Source of the DNA: Candidatus Poribacteria bacterium
GTDB taxonomy: Bacteria; Poribacteria; WGA-4E; PCPOR2b
Assembly: GCA_965116925.1 (NCBI GenBank)
Contig: OZ220744.1
Location: forward strand, 4,672,001 to 4,736,000
Direction: 5' to 3'
Length of the DNA stretch: 64,000 nucleotides
Below, one piece after another: positions 38,701-48,481 of this stretch (position 1 is the stretch's first letter; each line of letters starts with the position of its first letter). The translations under genes were made by a program, and so were the position numbers. The notes under the pieces are model-generated. The model saw only the letters and a program-made list of their open reading frames with translations. It made no database searches and was not told the DNA's origin.

Positions 38701-39188
38701 AGCGACTCGACGCAGCGTTGGACCAGATCGAAAGCTGGGCAGCCCAGATGGAGGATATCCAGCGTGAGCTCGAGGCAATGGACAATCAGGAGACTCCACT
38801 AACGCCTGAACAGGAGGCACGGCAACAACAGTTGTCCGAGCAGCAGGAACAGATACAGCAGCGCGCCCAAGAGGCAATGGAAGCACAGCAGCAAGGGGAT
38901 GCTCAGGGGGAGGAACAGGCACAAGTGGGCGGCGCGGAGTCGGACCGTGAACTCAGGGAACTCTGGCTTGACGCGATTCGTGCTATGGACAATCGTCCCG
39001 GAACCCGGAGGGCACCGTTTCCCGTCTACGATTTCTCTCTGCGTGAACTCAGGAAACTTGAGCGAGCGATTGAAGAACGTCTGGCTACAATTCAAGAAAA
39101 GAAACAACTCGCACAGGTGCTCAAAGAGGATGTGCCGCCTGAATACCGGAGACTGGTCGATCAGTACTATGAATTTCTGGCAAAGTGA
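35784..39188 (+). CDS. DUF4175-like membrane-anchored protein with Ig-like and coiled-coil regions
   Basis: N-terminal TMs, ATDDYG, Q-rich coil, VPPEYRRLVDQYY C-terminus. Confidence 0.75.
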   Translation: MAAREGYTELQARVLAARRVWKRTLFWTGCAIAIVGLIVILAGAAIVDLLMPLPGSIRLALLIGVIGAVGYLLYRYLIQPLRAKLTPHDVALNVERKHQDLEDRLVSALQFGEVETDDPIKSHLLQRLVTDAVERTEGIDFRTTVDKSKKRKHIGIAVAALTGCALIALIFPTELNTSLNRLLSPWEKTEPVFTTKLTVEPGNARILRGRSLAINLEVTGKAADKARLIYTKGNPIADTTSLPPASGGIQGGRQEIDMVRIEGEKRRFGYEIFNINENMEYYVTANGAESERYTVEVFDTPKVTAIEIAYTYPEYTKLKPIIQQGEGNIRAVVGSQAEVRITTNKAIQSATLTVEAEDSVPMLIPDGRTLTMTLDVLNDGKYTVKLLCVDGFNNQAPIEYTITAIPDEPPEIAIKEPGRDIKATKLEEVRVLAEATDDYGVEEMTLMYSIGSGEPQELPIESVEVKADKIISGAYVFYLEELDVEPGELISYYAQAIDNNTRTGPGTSTSELYFIEVRPFNERYMQMDAEGQQAQQEGQPFPNLIADQRTIIKKTWKHIHSRPSPMTEDYQSAVKQIGVEQEQLKDKTQRVTDELSMSMRDANVDPEMLMNLEAAVAKMGEATDELYAVKPKAALPHEQDALELLTKAMMELDKVLTQMRSGGNREVADNIEMDMEDLQDTIEQDQNELDDQMREGTQELLDQARDMLAQQEQLTEQSQQLAREGQPSQREMQQNSQQEGRLAQQAQQMAEQAQQMGQSVGQGAGNSTGQRMVQAGEALEQASENMEAASENMGAGQPQMGAAKGQKAEENLQQAIEELEKVAAQYTDQALEDVTESLDQLTAEQSEIREQTETLEEETRQDGISVEDARNASELANQQRTLRRDLEQLQRNLSNLREALNENEPQAARNVADANRRIIEEQASGNMEDAQRALQWRNFQSSEREQREVLDTLLDARNDLQQARTNLAETEEERLDAALDQIESWAAQMEDIQRELEAMDNQETPLTPEQEARQQQLSEQQEQIQQRAQEAMEAQQQGDAQGEEQAQVGGAESDRELRELWLDAIRAMDNRPGTRRAPFPVYDFSLRELRKLERAIEERLATIQEKKQLAQVLKEDVPPEYRRLVDQYYEFLAK

Positions 39189-39215
39189 AACATGACGTGT
39201 GAATTTAATAGTTAA

Positions 39216-39446
39216 GGCTCATGTAAAAAGAAAGTGCAAAACACGAAGCGAAATCGTAGGGGCGGGGTCTCCCCGCCCGCCGTAAGGGTTGGGGGACCCA
39301 ACCCCTACGAATATTCGGTTTCTTTGCACTAAATCTTAACATGAGCGTAGGATTCGCTCATATAAAAAGAAAGTGCAAAACACCATGAGAAACCGAGTTT
39401 TTTCTTCAAAACTCGGTTTCTATTGCATGATTTCTTAACATGAGCC
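39216..39446. mobile_element. Two tandem MITE family B copies (39216-39347, 39355-39446)
   Basis: GCTCAT...ATGAGC ends with different internal hairpins; second copy flanked by (G/A)TAGGATT. Confidence 0.8.
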
Positions 39447-39499
39447 ATAGGATTATACGGACTCTATGATCAATTTATAACACGGAAGGATTCATCTTC

Positions 39500-40318
39500 A
39501 TGGAAAACACCGAAACCGTTACCCTCACCCCCGCACAACGGCTGCATTTTGACATCTACGGTTTTGTATTGCTAGAGAACGTCTTGACTACCGACGAAGT
39601 GGCTCGCATGAAGGACGCGCTCCATCGGATGAAAGCCGATCCGGATCTTGAGTCCAAGCGGGTCTACACCCACAAGCGTGGTGAGCATCATATACTGCTG
39701 GGCAATCTGGTAGAGTATGATCCCGCCCTGCTAGAATACGCCGCCCATCCCAAACTGGTGCCGCTCGTTGAGGAGGTGGTCGGTGGCAAGGTCCGCCTTG
39801 AGGAGACCGAGGCGATTATCAATCGCAGAGATCCGGAGGCAGATACTGAGGAACTCCACAAACGACGCTATAACCCCACCGGATTTCATCGCGGAACGCA
39901 GCACGGCTGGGGAACCTACATCGAACAGAGCAAATTCCACTGCATCTTTGTCAAGACATTGACCTACCTCACCGATGTGGGACCCGACGATGGCGGCACC
40001 TGTTTTATCCCCGGCAGCCACCGGCTCACTTGGGACAGGGAAGAGATGATCGAAGCCGCCCTCTCCGATGACAAGCTGATCTATCAGGTAGAGGCAACCG
40101 CCGGTTCTGTTTTGCTCTTTCCAGAATCACTCATCCACAGCACGACCGCTATCCGTAGCGACAAGGAACGCACAATCCTAGTCGCTGGGTATACCCCACC
40201 GATGGTGCGTGAGTGGCCCGGTAACGAGGTTAGTCCTGACTTCATCGAAACCCTACCCGAAGATATTAAGCCACTCATTTCCGGAAGCGATAGCTGGCGT
40301 TGGGAAAGACGATATTGA
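39500..40318 (+). CDS. PhyH-family Fe/2OG enzyme with HxG motif
   Basis: GFHRG, YLTDV.PDDGG...PGSH, FPESLIH. Confidence 0.85.
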   Translation: MENTETVTLTPAQRLHFDIYGFVLLENVLTTDEVARMKDALHRMKADPDLESKRVYTHKRGEHHILLGNLVEYDPALLEYAAHPKLVPLVEEVVGGKVRLEETEAIINRRDPEADTEELHKRRYNPTGFHRGTQHGWGTYIEQSKFHCIFVKTLTYLTDVGPDDGGTCFIPGSHRLTWDREEMIEAALSDDKLIYQVEATAGSVLLFPESLIHSTTAIRSDKERTILVAGYTPPMVREWPGNEVSPDFIETLPEDIKPLISGSDSWRWERRY

Positions 40319-40454
40319 CAGTGATTCGCGTTAAAAGAAAGTGTAAAATGCTAAGAGCGTGAAACGTGATGCGTGAAACGTAAAGAAAATTGGTTCATTG
40401 GTTCATTGCGTCGTGACAAAAGAATGAGAAAACGATAAAAGAGGATAAGAATAA

Positions 40455-40763
40455 ATGCCAAACGTTAAGATGTATACAACCAGTTTCTGCCCATACTGCT
40501 ACAAGGCGAAAGGTATCCTTGACAGGATGGGAATCGACTTTGAAGAAATCAACATCAAAGGGGATCCCGCGATGCGCGATGAAATTGAGAAGCTAACCGG
40601 TCGCCGCGATGTACCACAAATCTTTATTGATGATCAACATATCGGCGATGACGACGATTTAGCCGAACTCGCAGCATCGGGAAAACTGAATGAAATTTTT
40701 AACATAGAAGGAGAAACAGATGGCAGAGATAAGAAACGGAAGCGATGGTTTGGAAGAGCGTAA
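40455..40763 (+). CDS. Glutaredoxin (GrxC-like)
   Basis: CPYC, VPQIFI. Confidence 0.92.
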   Translation: MPNVKMYTTSFCPYCYKAKGILDRMGIDFEEINIKGDPAMRDEIEKLTGRRDVPQIFIDDQHIGDDDDLAELAASGKLNEIFNIEGETDGRDKKRKRWFGRA

Positions 40764-41691
40764 CATCATCATTATTGGTGGCGGCACGGCAGGTTTCGCC
40801 GCTGGGGTTTACACCTCACGGGCAATGCTGGAGCCGCTACTCATCACCGGAGACGCACTCGGTGGACAACTCTCACTGACCCTCGACCTTGAGAACTATC
40901 CGGGCTTCTTCGGCACCGAAGCCGCAGAGTTTATTACAGGGATGCAGAAACAGGCAGAGCGTTTTGGGACCGAAGTAAAGTTTGACATGGTGACGGAGGT
41001 AGACTTCAACCGCCACCCATTCTACTTGAAAACTTATGACCAAGAATATCTCGCGAAATCGGTTATCATCTGCACCGGTGCTTCACCGCGAACACTGGAC
41101 ATCCCCGGCGAGGAAGGATACGGCGGACGTGGTGTCTCCTACTGCGCCACCTGCGATGGATTCTTTTTCCAGAACCAACGGCTTATCGTTGTCGGTGGCG
41201 GCGATGCCGCCCTTGAGGAGGGGATATTCCTGACAAAGTATGCGTCGGAGGTCTATATCGTCCACCGCAGAGACCAGCTTCGTGCCAGCCAAATTATGCA
41301 GGAACGCGCCTTCAAGAACGATAAGATCAAGTTCATCTGGGATACGGTTGTCGAAGAGATCCAAGGGGACGACGAAAAGGTCACCGGTGCGCTGCTCAGA
41401 AATGTGAAGACCGACGAAAAGCAGGTGTTCCCGATTGACGGCGTTTTTATCTTCATTGGACACATCCCGAACACCGAGCTATTCAAGGGTGTGATCGACA
41501 TGGATGAGCAGGACTACATCGTTGTGGACAAACTACAGCGTACCAATATCGACGGTGTCTTTGCAGCAGGCGATGTACATGATCACATCTTCCGTCAAGC
41601 GATAACGGCGGCGGGTGCCGGTGCCGCCGCAGCTATCTCCGCCGAAAAGTTCATCGCTGAGTTAGAGAACCGCGCTTATCCGGGGCAGTAG
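40720..41691 (+). CDS. trxB: Thioredoxin-disulfide reductase
   Basis: GVSYCATCDG, GGGDAALEE, VFAAGDV, RQAITAA. Confidence 0.95.
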   Translation: MAEIRNGSDGLEERNIIIIGGGTAGFAAGVYTSRAMLEPLLITGDALGGQLSLTLDLENYPGFFGTEAAEFITGMQKQAERFGTEVKFDMVTEVDFNRHPFYLKTYDQEYLAKSVIICTGASPRTLDIPGEEGYGGRGVSYCATCDGFFFQNQRLIVVGGGDAALEEGIFLTKYASEVYIVHRRDQLRASQIMQERAFKNDKIKFIWDTVVEEIQGDDEKVTGALLRNVKTDEKQVFPIDGVFIFIGHIPNTELFKGVIDMDEQDYIVVDKLQRTNIDGVFAAGDVHDHIFRQAITAAGAGAAAAISAEKFIAELENRAYPGQ

Positions 41692-41781
41692 GTATTCAAA
41701 CAGAGGAAGAATTAGTTTTGAGGAAAGCATCTACCTTAGCGAATTTCTTCAGCACAGAAGAAATTATGAAGGAAATAAAAG

Positions 41782-42888
41782 ATGTTAAAAATCATTGACA
41801 ACGGGGTCATTTCCCACCAGAGCGAACGGGGTGCTTATATGCCTGTAATTACCCCCCTCGCAGACGGCAGTTTCATCGCCTGCCAGCATGTCGGGGAAGG
41901 GCTAGGCACACCGGACAATCACATCGAGATCCTTCGTTCAACGGACGGGGGCGCAACATGGGTCAACGAAGGGAGTATCCATCCCGATGGCGTACCTACG
42001 GATGGATGGTGTTACCGGGGTCCAAAGATCAGCGAGGTGCCCGACGGTCGCTTGGTGATGAACGCAACCCGTTTTGAGACGGAAGGCGACACGCTCTTTG
42101 ACACGGAATCGGAAGCCTTGCAGCGTCCGGAGATATTGCTGTTCTGGTCAGAAGATCGGGGCAAAACGTGGTCAGCACCGCAGGTCGTACCGGTAGACCT
42201 GCCGCCCGAAAAGTACACATGGAACGGGGCGGGACCGCTTCTACAACTCGCGCCGGATCGGTGGATGTACCCCCTCGAAACGTGGAAGCCGGAAGGGTAT
42301 GAAGGTCCGCCCGATCAGAAGGCAGCAGCGGTATTCTCCGCGGATCAGGGACAAACGTGGGGAGAGTTTACCGTCGTCGCAGATGACCTCACAGGCGCAT
42401 TGCTCTGGTGGGATCAGATGTGCTCCCTCTTGCCGGATGGACGGATCTATACCCTGATCTGGACGCACCAGTACGGAACCTCCGAGGATCTGACGAACCA
42501 CTGGGTAATCTCCGAAGACGGTGGACGCACCTGGTCCGAACCCCGACCGACGAATCTGCGCGGTCAGGTCTGCACCCCCATCCCGCTGCCTGACGGTCGC
42601 GTGGCGGCGATCTACAATTTCCGACACGAACCCCAAGGCATCCATGTGGCACTGACCGAAGACCTTGAACATTTCGACGTGGAAAATGAAGTCGTGGTCT
42701 TTGACGCCGGAAAAGAGGCGACCCTCGGCGAACCTGAGAACGAGAACTTCCTCGCTGAACACATGCAGATCGCTTTTGGCAAGCCCGGCGGGACAACCCT
42801 GCCGGACGGGGATATAATGACCTATTTCTGGTGTACGGTGGCGGGAGTCACCCATACGCGCTGGGTAAAATTACGATTGGAAGGTTAA
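41782..42888 (+). CDS. BNR/Asp-box (sialidase-like) protein
   Basis: Four SxDxGxTW Asp-boxes. Confidence 0.8.
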   Translation: MLKIIDNGVISHQSERGAYMPVITPLADGSFIACQHVGEGLGTPDNHIEILRSTDGGATWVNEGSIHPDGVPTDGWCYRGPKISEVPDGRLVMNATRFETEGDTLFDTESEALQRPEILLFWSEDRGKTWSAPQVVPVDLPPEKYTWNGAGPLLQLAPDRWMYPLETWKPEGYEGPPDQKAAAVFSADQGQTWGEFTVVADDLTGALLWWDQMCSLLPDGRIYTLIWTHQYGTSEDLTNHWVISEDGGRTWSEPRPTNLRGQVCTPIPLPDGRVAAIYNFRHEPQGIHVALTEDLEHFDVENEVVVFDAGKEATLGEPENENFLAEHMQIAFGKPGGTTLPDGDIMTYFWCTVAGVTHTRWVKLRLEG

Positions 42889-42996
42889 TGCCCCGGTAAC
42901 AGAAACGTGCTACTATAAACAGCGGGGCAAGATGCCCCGCCTACCGGATAGGGATAGACAAAAAACTAAATGACGCGGTAATGGAAAGGAGTTCAG

Positions 42997-43758
42997 ATGG
43001 ATTGGCAGAAAAATTCAGGACAACTCAAAGATGCCTTTGACCGAGATGGATTTGTGGTCATTCCCGGCTTCTACACCCCGCAAGAGACAACGGCATTAAA
43101 CGCTCATATCGACCAGTTTATCGCGAAGACGCTGCCCCAATTGCCATCGGAGGCAGCCTTTTACGAAGTCAAGGATCAGCCCGAAAGCATTATGCGGTTG
43201 CAGGGCATGGCATCTTACGACGACCATTTTAAGGAACTGACCGAGAGTGACCGGTTTGCCAAACTGGCGGAATTGCTGCTAGACGATGGGGTTATAAGTA
43301 AGAACATGGAATGGTTCACGAAACCCGCCCACAGCGATGCAGAGACACCACCCCATCAGGACGGGTTCTACTTCATGCTCGAACCGAACGAGGCGTTGAC
43401 GTTGTGGTTGGCACTAGATACGGTGAATGACGAGAACGGCTGCATCCACTATGTACGGGGTTCTCACCGTCGAGGTATGCGCCCCCACGATCAGACAGCG
43501 GTATTCGGGTTTTCCCTAGGAGTCACAGACTACGGCGAATCGGACTACCAAGAAGAGGCAGCTATTCATGCTGCGCCGGGCGATATGATCGTGCATCACT
43601 GCATGACAATTCATCGCGCAGGTTCCAATTCCACCCCAAACCCACGCCGGGCACTGGGGCTTGTCTATTACGCCCAACGTGCCAAGGCGAATGCAGAACG
43701 TCAGGCGGCGTACAAGAAAGAGCTCATGGAACGGTGGAAAAAAGAGGGAAAAATTTAG
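42997..43758 (+). CDS. PhyH-family dioxygenase
   Basis: TPPHQD, RGSH, TIHRA..N. Confidence 0.9.
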   Translation: MDWQKNSGQLKDAFDRDGFVVIPGFYTPQETTALNAHIDQFIAKTLPQLPSEAAFYEVKDQPESIMRLQGMASYDDHFKELTESDRFAKLAELLLDDGVISKNMEWFTKPAHSDAETPPHQDGFYFMLEPNEALTLWLALDTVNDENGCIHYVRGSHRRGMRPHDQTAVFGFSLGVTDYGESDYQEEAAIHAAPGDMIVHHCMTIHRAGSNSTPNPRRALGLVYYAQRAKANAERQAAYKKELMERWKKEGKI

Positions 43759-43923
43759 TGCGCTTCAGTTCTAAAAGCAGTTACGGACGCAGATTGCGCT
43801 GATTTTCGCAGATAAAAATAGAAAAACGAAACTCATACAACCCGGAGAAACCGAGTTTTGAAGAAAAAACTCGGTTTCTGTGAACTATTTCTTAACATGA
43901 GTGATCACTGATAGGAGTAAGCA

Positions 43924-44700
43924 ATGCTGACCGATGCACAACTCTACCATTTCGCTGTTCACGGCTGGGTGCTTCAGGAGGACGTATTCAGTTCCGAAGA
44001 AATCGATGCCTTCAAGCGCGGACTAGATCACCTCTATGAACGCAAAATCTCGACGATGAAGGACACCGAGGACATCAAGAACATCAACAACATGGTGAAC
44101 TACGACCAGATCTATCGGGATTGGATCATGTCGCCAAAGATCACCCCCGTTCTGAAGCAGCTCTTGGGAACGCCGCCACGTTTTGAGTGTTGCCACGCGA
44201 TGATAAAATCTCCGCACCCCGACCGATCGACGCGGCGCGATGAACTTCGGGATGCGGAAAAGATGGGGTGGCACCGCGGCATTCGACCGAAATATGGTAT
44301 CGTGCCAGCGAACAACCATCCCTACATCAACACAACATTTCTCAACAATGCCACCTACCTAACGGACGTTGACCCTGAACATGGTGGTACGATGATTCTG
44401 GACGGCTCACATCGAATCGAGGCGCAGGATTGGAAAGAAATTTTCGATCCCGCAATGGTAGTTCAGATTGAAGCAAAGGCAGGATCGGTGATGCACTTCA
44501 CGGAGGCATTGGTTCACACCGGCGTCCCGATCCTCTCCGAGCGAACCCGTTATACGATGTTCTACGGCTTCACCCCACCGTGGATGCAGTGTTGGCCCGG
44601 CTGCAGCCCGACGCAGGAAGTTATTGATGCCAGCGAAGGGGAGCTCAAGGAAATCCTCGGAGGTCGCACCGGATATATGGGACAGTATGGACCTGAGTGA
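43924..44700 (+). CDS. PhyH-family Fe/2OG enzyme with HxG motif
   Basis: GWHRG, YLTDV, DGSH, FTEALVH. Confidence 0.85.
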   Translation: MLTDAQLYHFAVHGWVLQEDVFSSEEIDAFKRGLDHLYERKISTMKDTEDIKNINNMVNYDQIYRDWIMSPKITPVLKQLLGTPPRFECCHAMIKSPHPDRSTRRDELRDAEKMGWHRGIRPKYGIVPANNHPYINTTFLNNATYLTDVDPEHGGTMILDGSHRIEAQDWKEIFDPAMVVQIEAKAGSVMHFTEALVHTGVPILSERTRYTMFYGFTPPWMQCWPGCSPTQEVIDASEGELKEILGGRTGYMGQYGPE

Positions 44701-44755
44701 GTGGGAACCTCCGCACCCAAAATTTGAATCTCTTGCAAGAAGGAGAAAATATCCG

Positions 44756-45562
44756 ATGTTATCCGATTTGGAAGTTGGACAATTTTGGACATTCGGGTTC
44801 ACTGTTTTGAGAGGTTGTCTAAGTGGAGAAGAGGTAGACCGTCTACAGGAGGCGCACCGTCGCGTCATTGCAGAAGCACCGGTCTACAACTATTTCGCCG
44901 AAAATGGGACACGGATGCTCAGTCCTTTTGTCCAAGCGGACGATGCTTTCGCAGATTTAATTGAGCAGCCCGGTGTGATGGAAGCCATGCGCGATATCTG
45001 GGGAACGGAGTGCCTCTACATCGCCGGTAGTGATATGTGGGCGAACCGAGACGATACCCCTTGGCACACCGACGGTCAGCCGGGACGACACACCCTCACA
45101 CTCAAGACCGCCATATACCTCGACGAGCAATCCAAGGATTTCGGATCGTTGAACCTGATTCCCGGCAGCCACCATCCCGAATACTCTGCGGCACTCTTCC
45201 GTTCTTGCGGTTACTGGGATAGGGGGAGACCCCGTCTACGCCTCGATCCCCATGCCATTCCGGGAGTTCTCTCCGTCCAGACCTGTCCCGGGGACGTTGT
45301 GTTATGGGATAACCGACTGTGGCACTCCGCCTTCAAACGCAAGGACGGTCAGCCCCGTCGGACAATGTTTATCGGCTATATGCCGGATCCCCAAGATGAC
45401 CTGCTCGCGCTCAAAGACCTGCGAACAACGGTTGAAACCCAGATAACTGAGCAGCAACCGTTCGTCTATAGCAAGGAAATGATGGACAAGGGTGGTCCTA
45501 GGCGTAAGAAGATGGCAGCACGGCTAGAGGCATTGGGTGTGGAAAAAGTGAGAGAGTCATAA
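44756..45562 (+). CDS. PhyH-family dioxygenase
   Basis: PWHTD, IPGSH, WDNRLWH; AAGGAG RBS before ATG 44756. Confidence 0.88.
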   Translation: MLSDLEVGQFWTFGFTVLRGCLSGEEVDRLQEAHRRVIAEAPVYNYFAENGTRMLSPFVQADDAFADLIEQPGVMEAMRDIWGTECLYIAGSDMWANRDDTPWHTDGQPGRHTLTLKTAIYLDEQSKDFGSLNLIPGSHHPEYSAALFRSCGYWDRGRPRLRLDPHAIPGVLSVQTCPGDVVLWDNRLWHSAFKRKDGQPRRTMFIGYMPDPQDDLLALKDLRTTVETQITEQQPFVYSKEMMDKGGPRRKKMAARLEALGVEKVRES

Positions 45563-45610
45563 CTTCCCGACAGGAAAACCAACAAAAACACTCAAAAAGA
45601 AGGAAAGACA

Positions 45611-46702
45611 ATGACCAACGGATCCTGTTCGCTGCGCGTCGGCGTGGTTGGCTGCGGTGGGTTTGGGCGTAACGCTTATATCAACAATGTCGTCGAAAAC
45701 CGTGACGCTAGTCTGGTCGCACTCTGCGACATTGATATAGAACAGGCGGAAGGGGCAGCACGTGAGGTCTTTGATGAGGGAGGCAGAGAGCCACGTCCGA
45801 CGCTTTACACAGACTATAAAGCGATGATCGACCAAGAATCCCTCGATGTGGTCATGGTTGGAACGATGGCAGACGTCCGTCCACGTGTGGCTATCTATGC
45901 GTTGAATGCCGGTGCCCACGTCCTCGCTGCCAAGCCGATGGCGCCTTCTTTAGCAGAGGCAGAGGAGATGCTCCAGAAGGCAAAGGAAGCAGACAGGATT
46001 CTGATGGTCGGTTATAACTTCCGATTCCGCGATGATGCACAAATTGTGCACCGCTTTATCCGTGATGGTGGTATCGGGGGGCCTCGCTTTGCCCGCGCTT
46101 GGTCATTTGCCGCTAGCGTACCGATCCGCGGATCGCACTACAAAGCGGGGTCGGGTGGAGGTTCACTCGCCAGAACGGGGATTCACCCAACGGATCTGGC
46201 AATCTGGTTTCTCGGTAACCCACCCCTCATCTCGGTACATGGGCAGGCACTCTCACGTTTTGCCGACCTTCCCGCGCTGCCCTCCGAATTGGAACCCCTC
46301 CGAGGCGACTACGACGATCCAGATCTGGTCAGCGGCTATGTCCAGTTCGCCGATGGGGTCACGTTGTCTGTCGAGAGTATGTGGATGGCACCGCCGCAGA
46401 TTGGCGATCACGGTGTCGAAGTGTGGGGGACCCAAGGCTACGCTTCGGTGACACCGTTGCGATTGCTGACTTGGCAGGATGGCGATTACGTTGATGTGAC
46501 CGAGCAGGTTGCGCCCGGTGTTGCGGATTCCTTCCACGACCATTCGAGCAACCGGCTACGCCGCGAGGTCTTTCACTTCATCGACTGCGCCCTTGGCAGA
46601 GAGACACCCCTCATAACGCCGGAAGAGATGTGGACGGATCAGGCAATTGTTGATGGAATTTACGCCGGCACGAAAATAGTGAAACAAAAGGAGGGGCACT
46701 GA
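45611..46702 (+). CDS. Gfo/Idh/MocA oxidoreductase
   Basis: VGVVGCGG, HVLAAKPMA, GGGSL. Confidence 0.88.
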   Translation: MTNGSCSLRVGVVGCGGFGRNAYINNVVENRDASLVALCDIDIEQAEGAAREVFDEGGREPRPTLYTDYKAMIDQESLDVVMVGTMADVRPRVAIYALNAGAHVLAAKPMAPSLAEAEEMLQKAKEADRILMVGYNFRFRDDAQIVHRFIRDGGIGGPRFARAWSFAASVPIRGSHYKAGSGGGSLARTGIHPTDLAIWFLGNPPLISVHGQALSRFADLPALPSELEPLRGDYDDPDLVSGYVQFADGVTLSVESMWMAPPQIGDHGVEVWGTQGYASVTPLRLLTWQDGDYVDVTEQVAPGVADSFHDHSSNRLRREVFHFIDCALGRETPLITPEEMWTDQAIVDGIYAGTKIVKQKEGH

Positions 46703-46853
46703 AAGTATTTTGGGCAGCGTTTTGTTGAGATATGAATATCGACCTACAACCAACTCGATCTGTCGGGACTGAGAGCAGTTCCCGTAGGTCGGGCGATTGC
46801 TGCAAGAAGGAGGAGGTATTCGACGTTATTCGATAGTGTCGTGTCATGGACAG

Positions 46854-46892
46854 AAAAAAGCGGTATCAACCCCGTGAAAATGGGTGGATACC
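46854..46892 (-). terminator. Intrinsic terminator for 46934-47707
   Basis: GGTATC-ACCC...GGGT-GATACC stem with a minus-strand T6 tract. Confidence 0.55.
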
Positions 46893-46933
46893 ACCGACAT
46901 CAGATTTGATTCTCTATATCTACGGAGAAGCTT

Positions 46934-47707
46934 CTAATGGTCATCAAGAAAGGTTTCAGGATCATATCCTGCACTGCCATAGTCAACAAATTTTACGCCG
47001 GGATACATAGTCCTATAAGCACCCGAAGTCAACTCTTCAACTGTAAAAAGCCCCCCAAGTGCATCTGGATCTGAAGATCTCGCATGAGTCGCAAGAGCGA
47101 ACCGGGGAAATCTGACAATCTCCTCATCAGGATCGTCACTAACGGTTTCGCCCCACTCAATATATACCAAATCGCGATAGAGCGGGTAGACTCTGTCGTT
47201 GTCATGCTGATAGACGCCATTCACAAAATCGTGGTCCCCCTGATTCCACAGTTTAATCAGAACACGGTACATCATTTCGTGTTCATACATATCCCCTTTC
47301 TGGTAATTAGGAAACTGTATCCAGACCGGCGTGAGATCCGAGGGAAATCCGTTGGGAACTTCAGGAAAATCCCCCTTTTCAACAGGGGACTCCTCCAACT
47401 CTTGTAAAAGTGCATCTAGTTCATCATCGGTTATATCCGGAAGGGGTGTTGAAACAGCATCATCACCGGATAATTCCTCTGTCTCTGAAACCAATGCCCC
47501 TTCGAGCGATTCGGCAGCTGGAGAACCAGAAACGGAAGTTTGTTGATTCGCTGTTGGATAATGGGGCTCTATCGTCAACAGATGCTCTGGCACCGGCTCG
47601 ACATCACCGTAGTACCAGTGGCTTCCGAAATAACTTCCCACAACGAATAGCGCAGCGAACATAATCGCCCCACCTATCCATAGTTTCGGCTGACTCGTGA
47701 AAGACAC
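46934..47707 (-). CDS. N-terminally membrane-anchored hypothetical protein
   Basis: One TM/signal anchor, acidic linker, globular C-domain; GGAGG RBS with GTG start. Confidence 0.75.
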   Translation of the reverse strand: MSFTSQPKLWIGGAIMFAALFVVGSYFGSHWYYGDVEPVPEHLLTIEPHYPTANQQTSVSGSPAAESLEGALVSETEELSGDDAVSTPLPDITDDELDALLQELEESPVEKGDFPEVPNGFPSDLTPVWIQFPNYQKGDMYEHEMMYRVLIKLWNQGDHDFVNGVYQHDNDRVYPLYRDLVYIEWGETVSDDPDEEIVRFPRFALATHARSSDPDALGGLFTVEELTSGAYRTMYPGVKFVDYGSAGYDPETFLDDH

Positions 47708-47809
47708 GGCTTGTCACCTCCTATCATGGGAGGTAGGTGTGAATTCTCAATAAGAGCTAAGCTCACCCTCCCGATAACATTGAAATTTAGCGCAATTTAT
47801 CAAGATCTC

Positions 47810-48481
47810 TCAGTTATTCTTCTGATGCTGAGAAGCGTTAAGGTAACCTTTTTTCAATTTCGCACAGGCAGTGTTAATCAGTTGACTCACACGCCCCTTC
47901 GTTACACCAAGCACTTTAGCTATCTCAACCCCCTTTTTCCCCTCAAAAAATCTCAACTTTAAGGCCCGGCGTTCTCCCTCAGACAAATCCGCTAAAAGTT
48001 GGGGGAGCAACTGCTCGAATTGCTCAATCTCAACATGGTGAATTACCTCTTCATCAACTCCTCCACACTGACACGCATCGGCTGCCAACCCATCAATCGA
48101 CGGATTGTTCCTAAGTGGGTCAGGACCGCCCTGATAAAATTGGGATTCAGCAGAACTTGTATCATCAAGGGATAAAAATGGTGTTGACCGGAGGTGTTTT
48201 TTCCCTTCATCCCAGAGCTTACCACACACCTGAGAACGAATAAACGTGGTGAAACTCGCACCACTTTCATGTGCAGGGTCATACGTCGGAACCGCTTCGA
48301 GAACGGTCTCATACGCGATTTGGCGCAAATCCTCTTTCACGCACTGAAGTCGTTGGTCGCGGCGGATGGCACACGCCACACATCGATTGATTGACTCCTT
48401 GGCGGATAGAGGCGATTCTGGATCGATATAGAAAGGACACTTCGCTGAGTTTTGCGGATTTCGTTGTTGTGTCATGGTCAC
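47810..48481 (-). CDS. Alternative sigma-70 family factor (regions 2 and 4)
   Basis: EDLRQ...YDP...ASFTTF; LSEGERRALKLRFF...EIAKVLGVTKGRVSQ. Confidence 0.85.
   Translation of the reverse strand: MTMTQQRNPQNSAKCPFYIDPESPLSAKESINRCVACAIRRDQRLQCVKEDLRQIAYETVLEAVPTYDPAHESGASFTTFIRSQVCGKLWDEGKKHLRSTPFLSLDDTSSAESQFYQGGPDPLRNNPSIDGLAADACQCGGVDEEVIHHVEIEQFEQLLPQLLADLSEGERRALKLRFFEGKKGVEIAKVLGVTKGRVSQLINTACAKLKKGYLNASQHQKNN

Noticed and set aside
44624..44755. N-terminal extension of the last phyH gene
   Set aside because: Overlaps the previous gene; RBS and family N-terminus fit ATG 44756.
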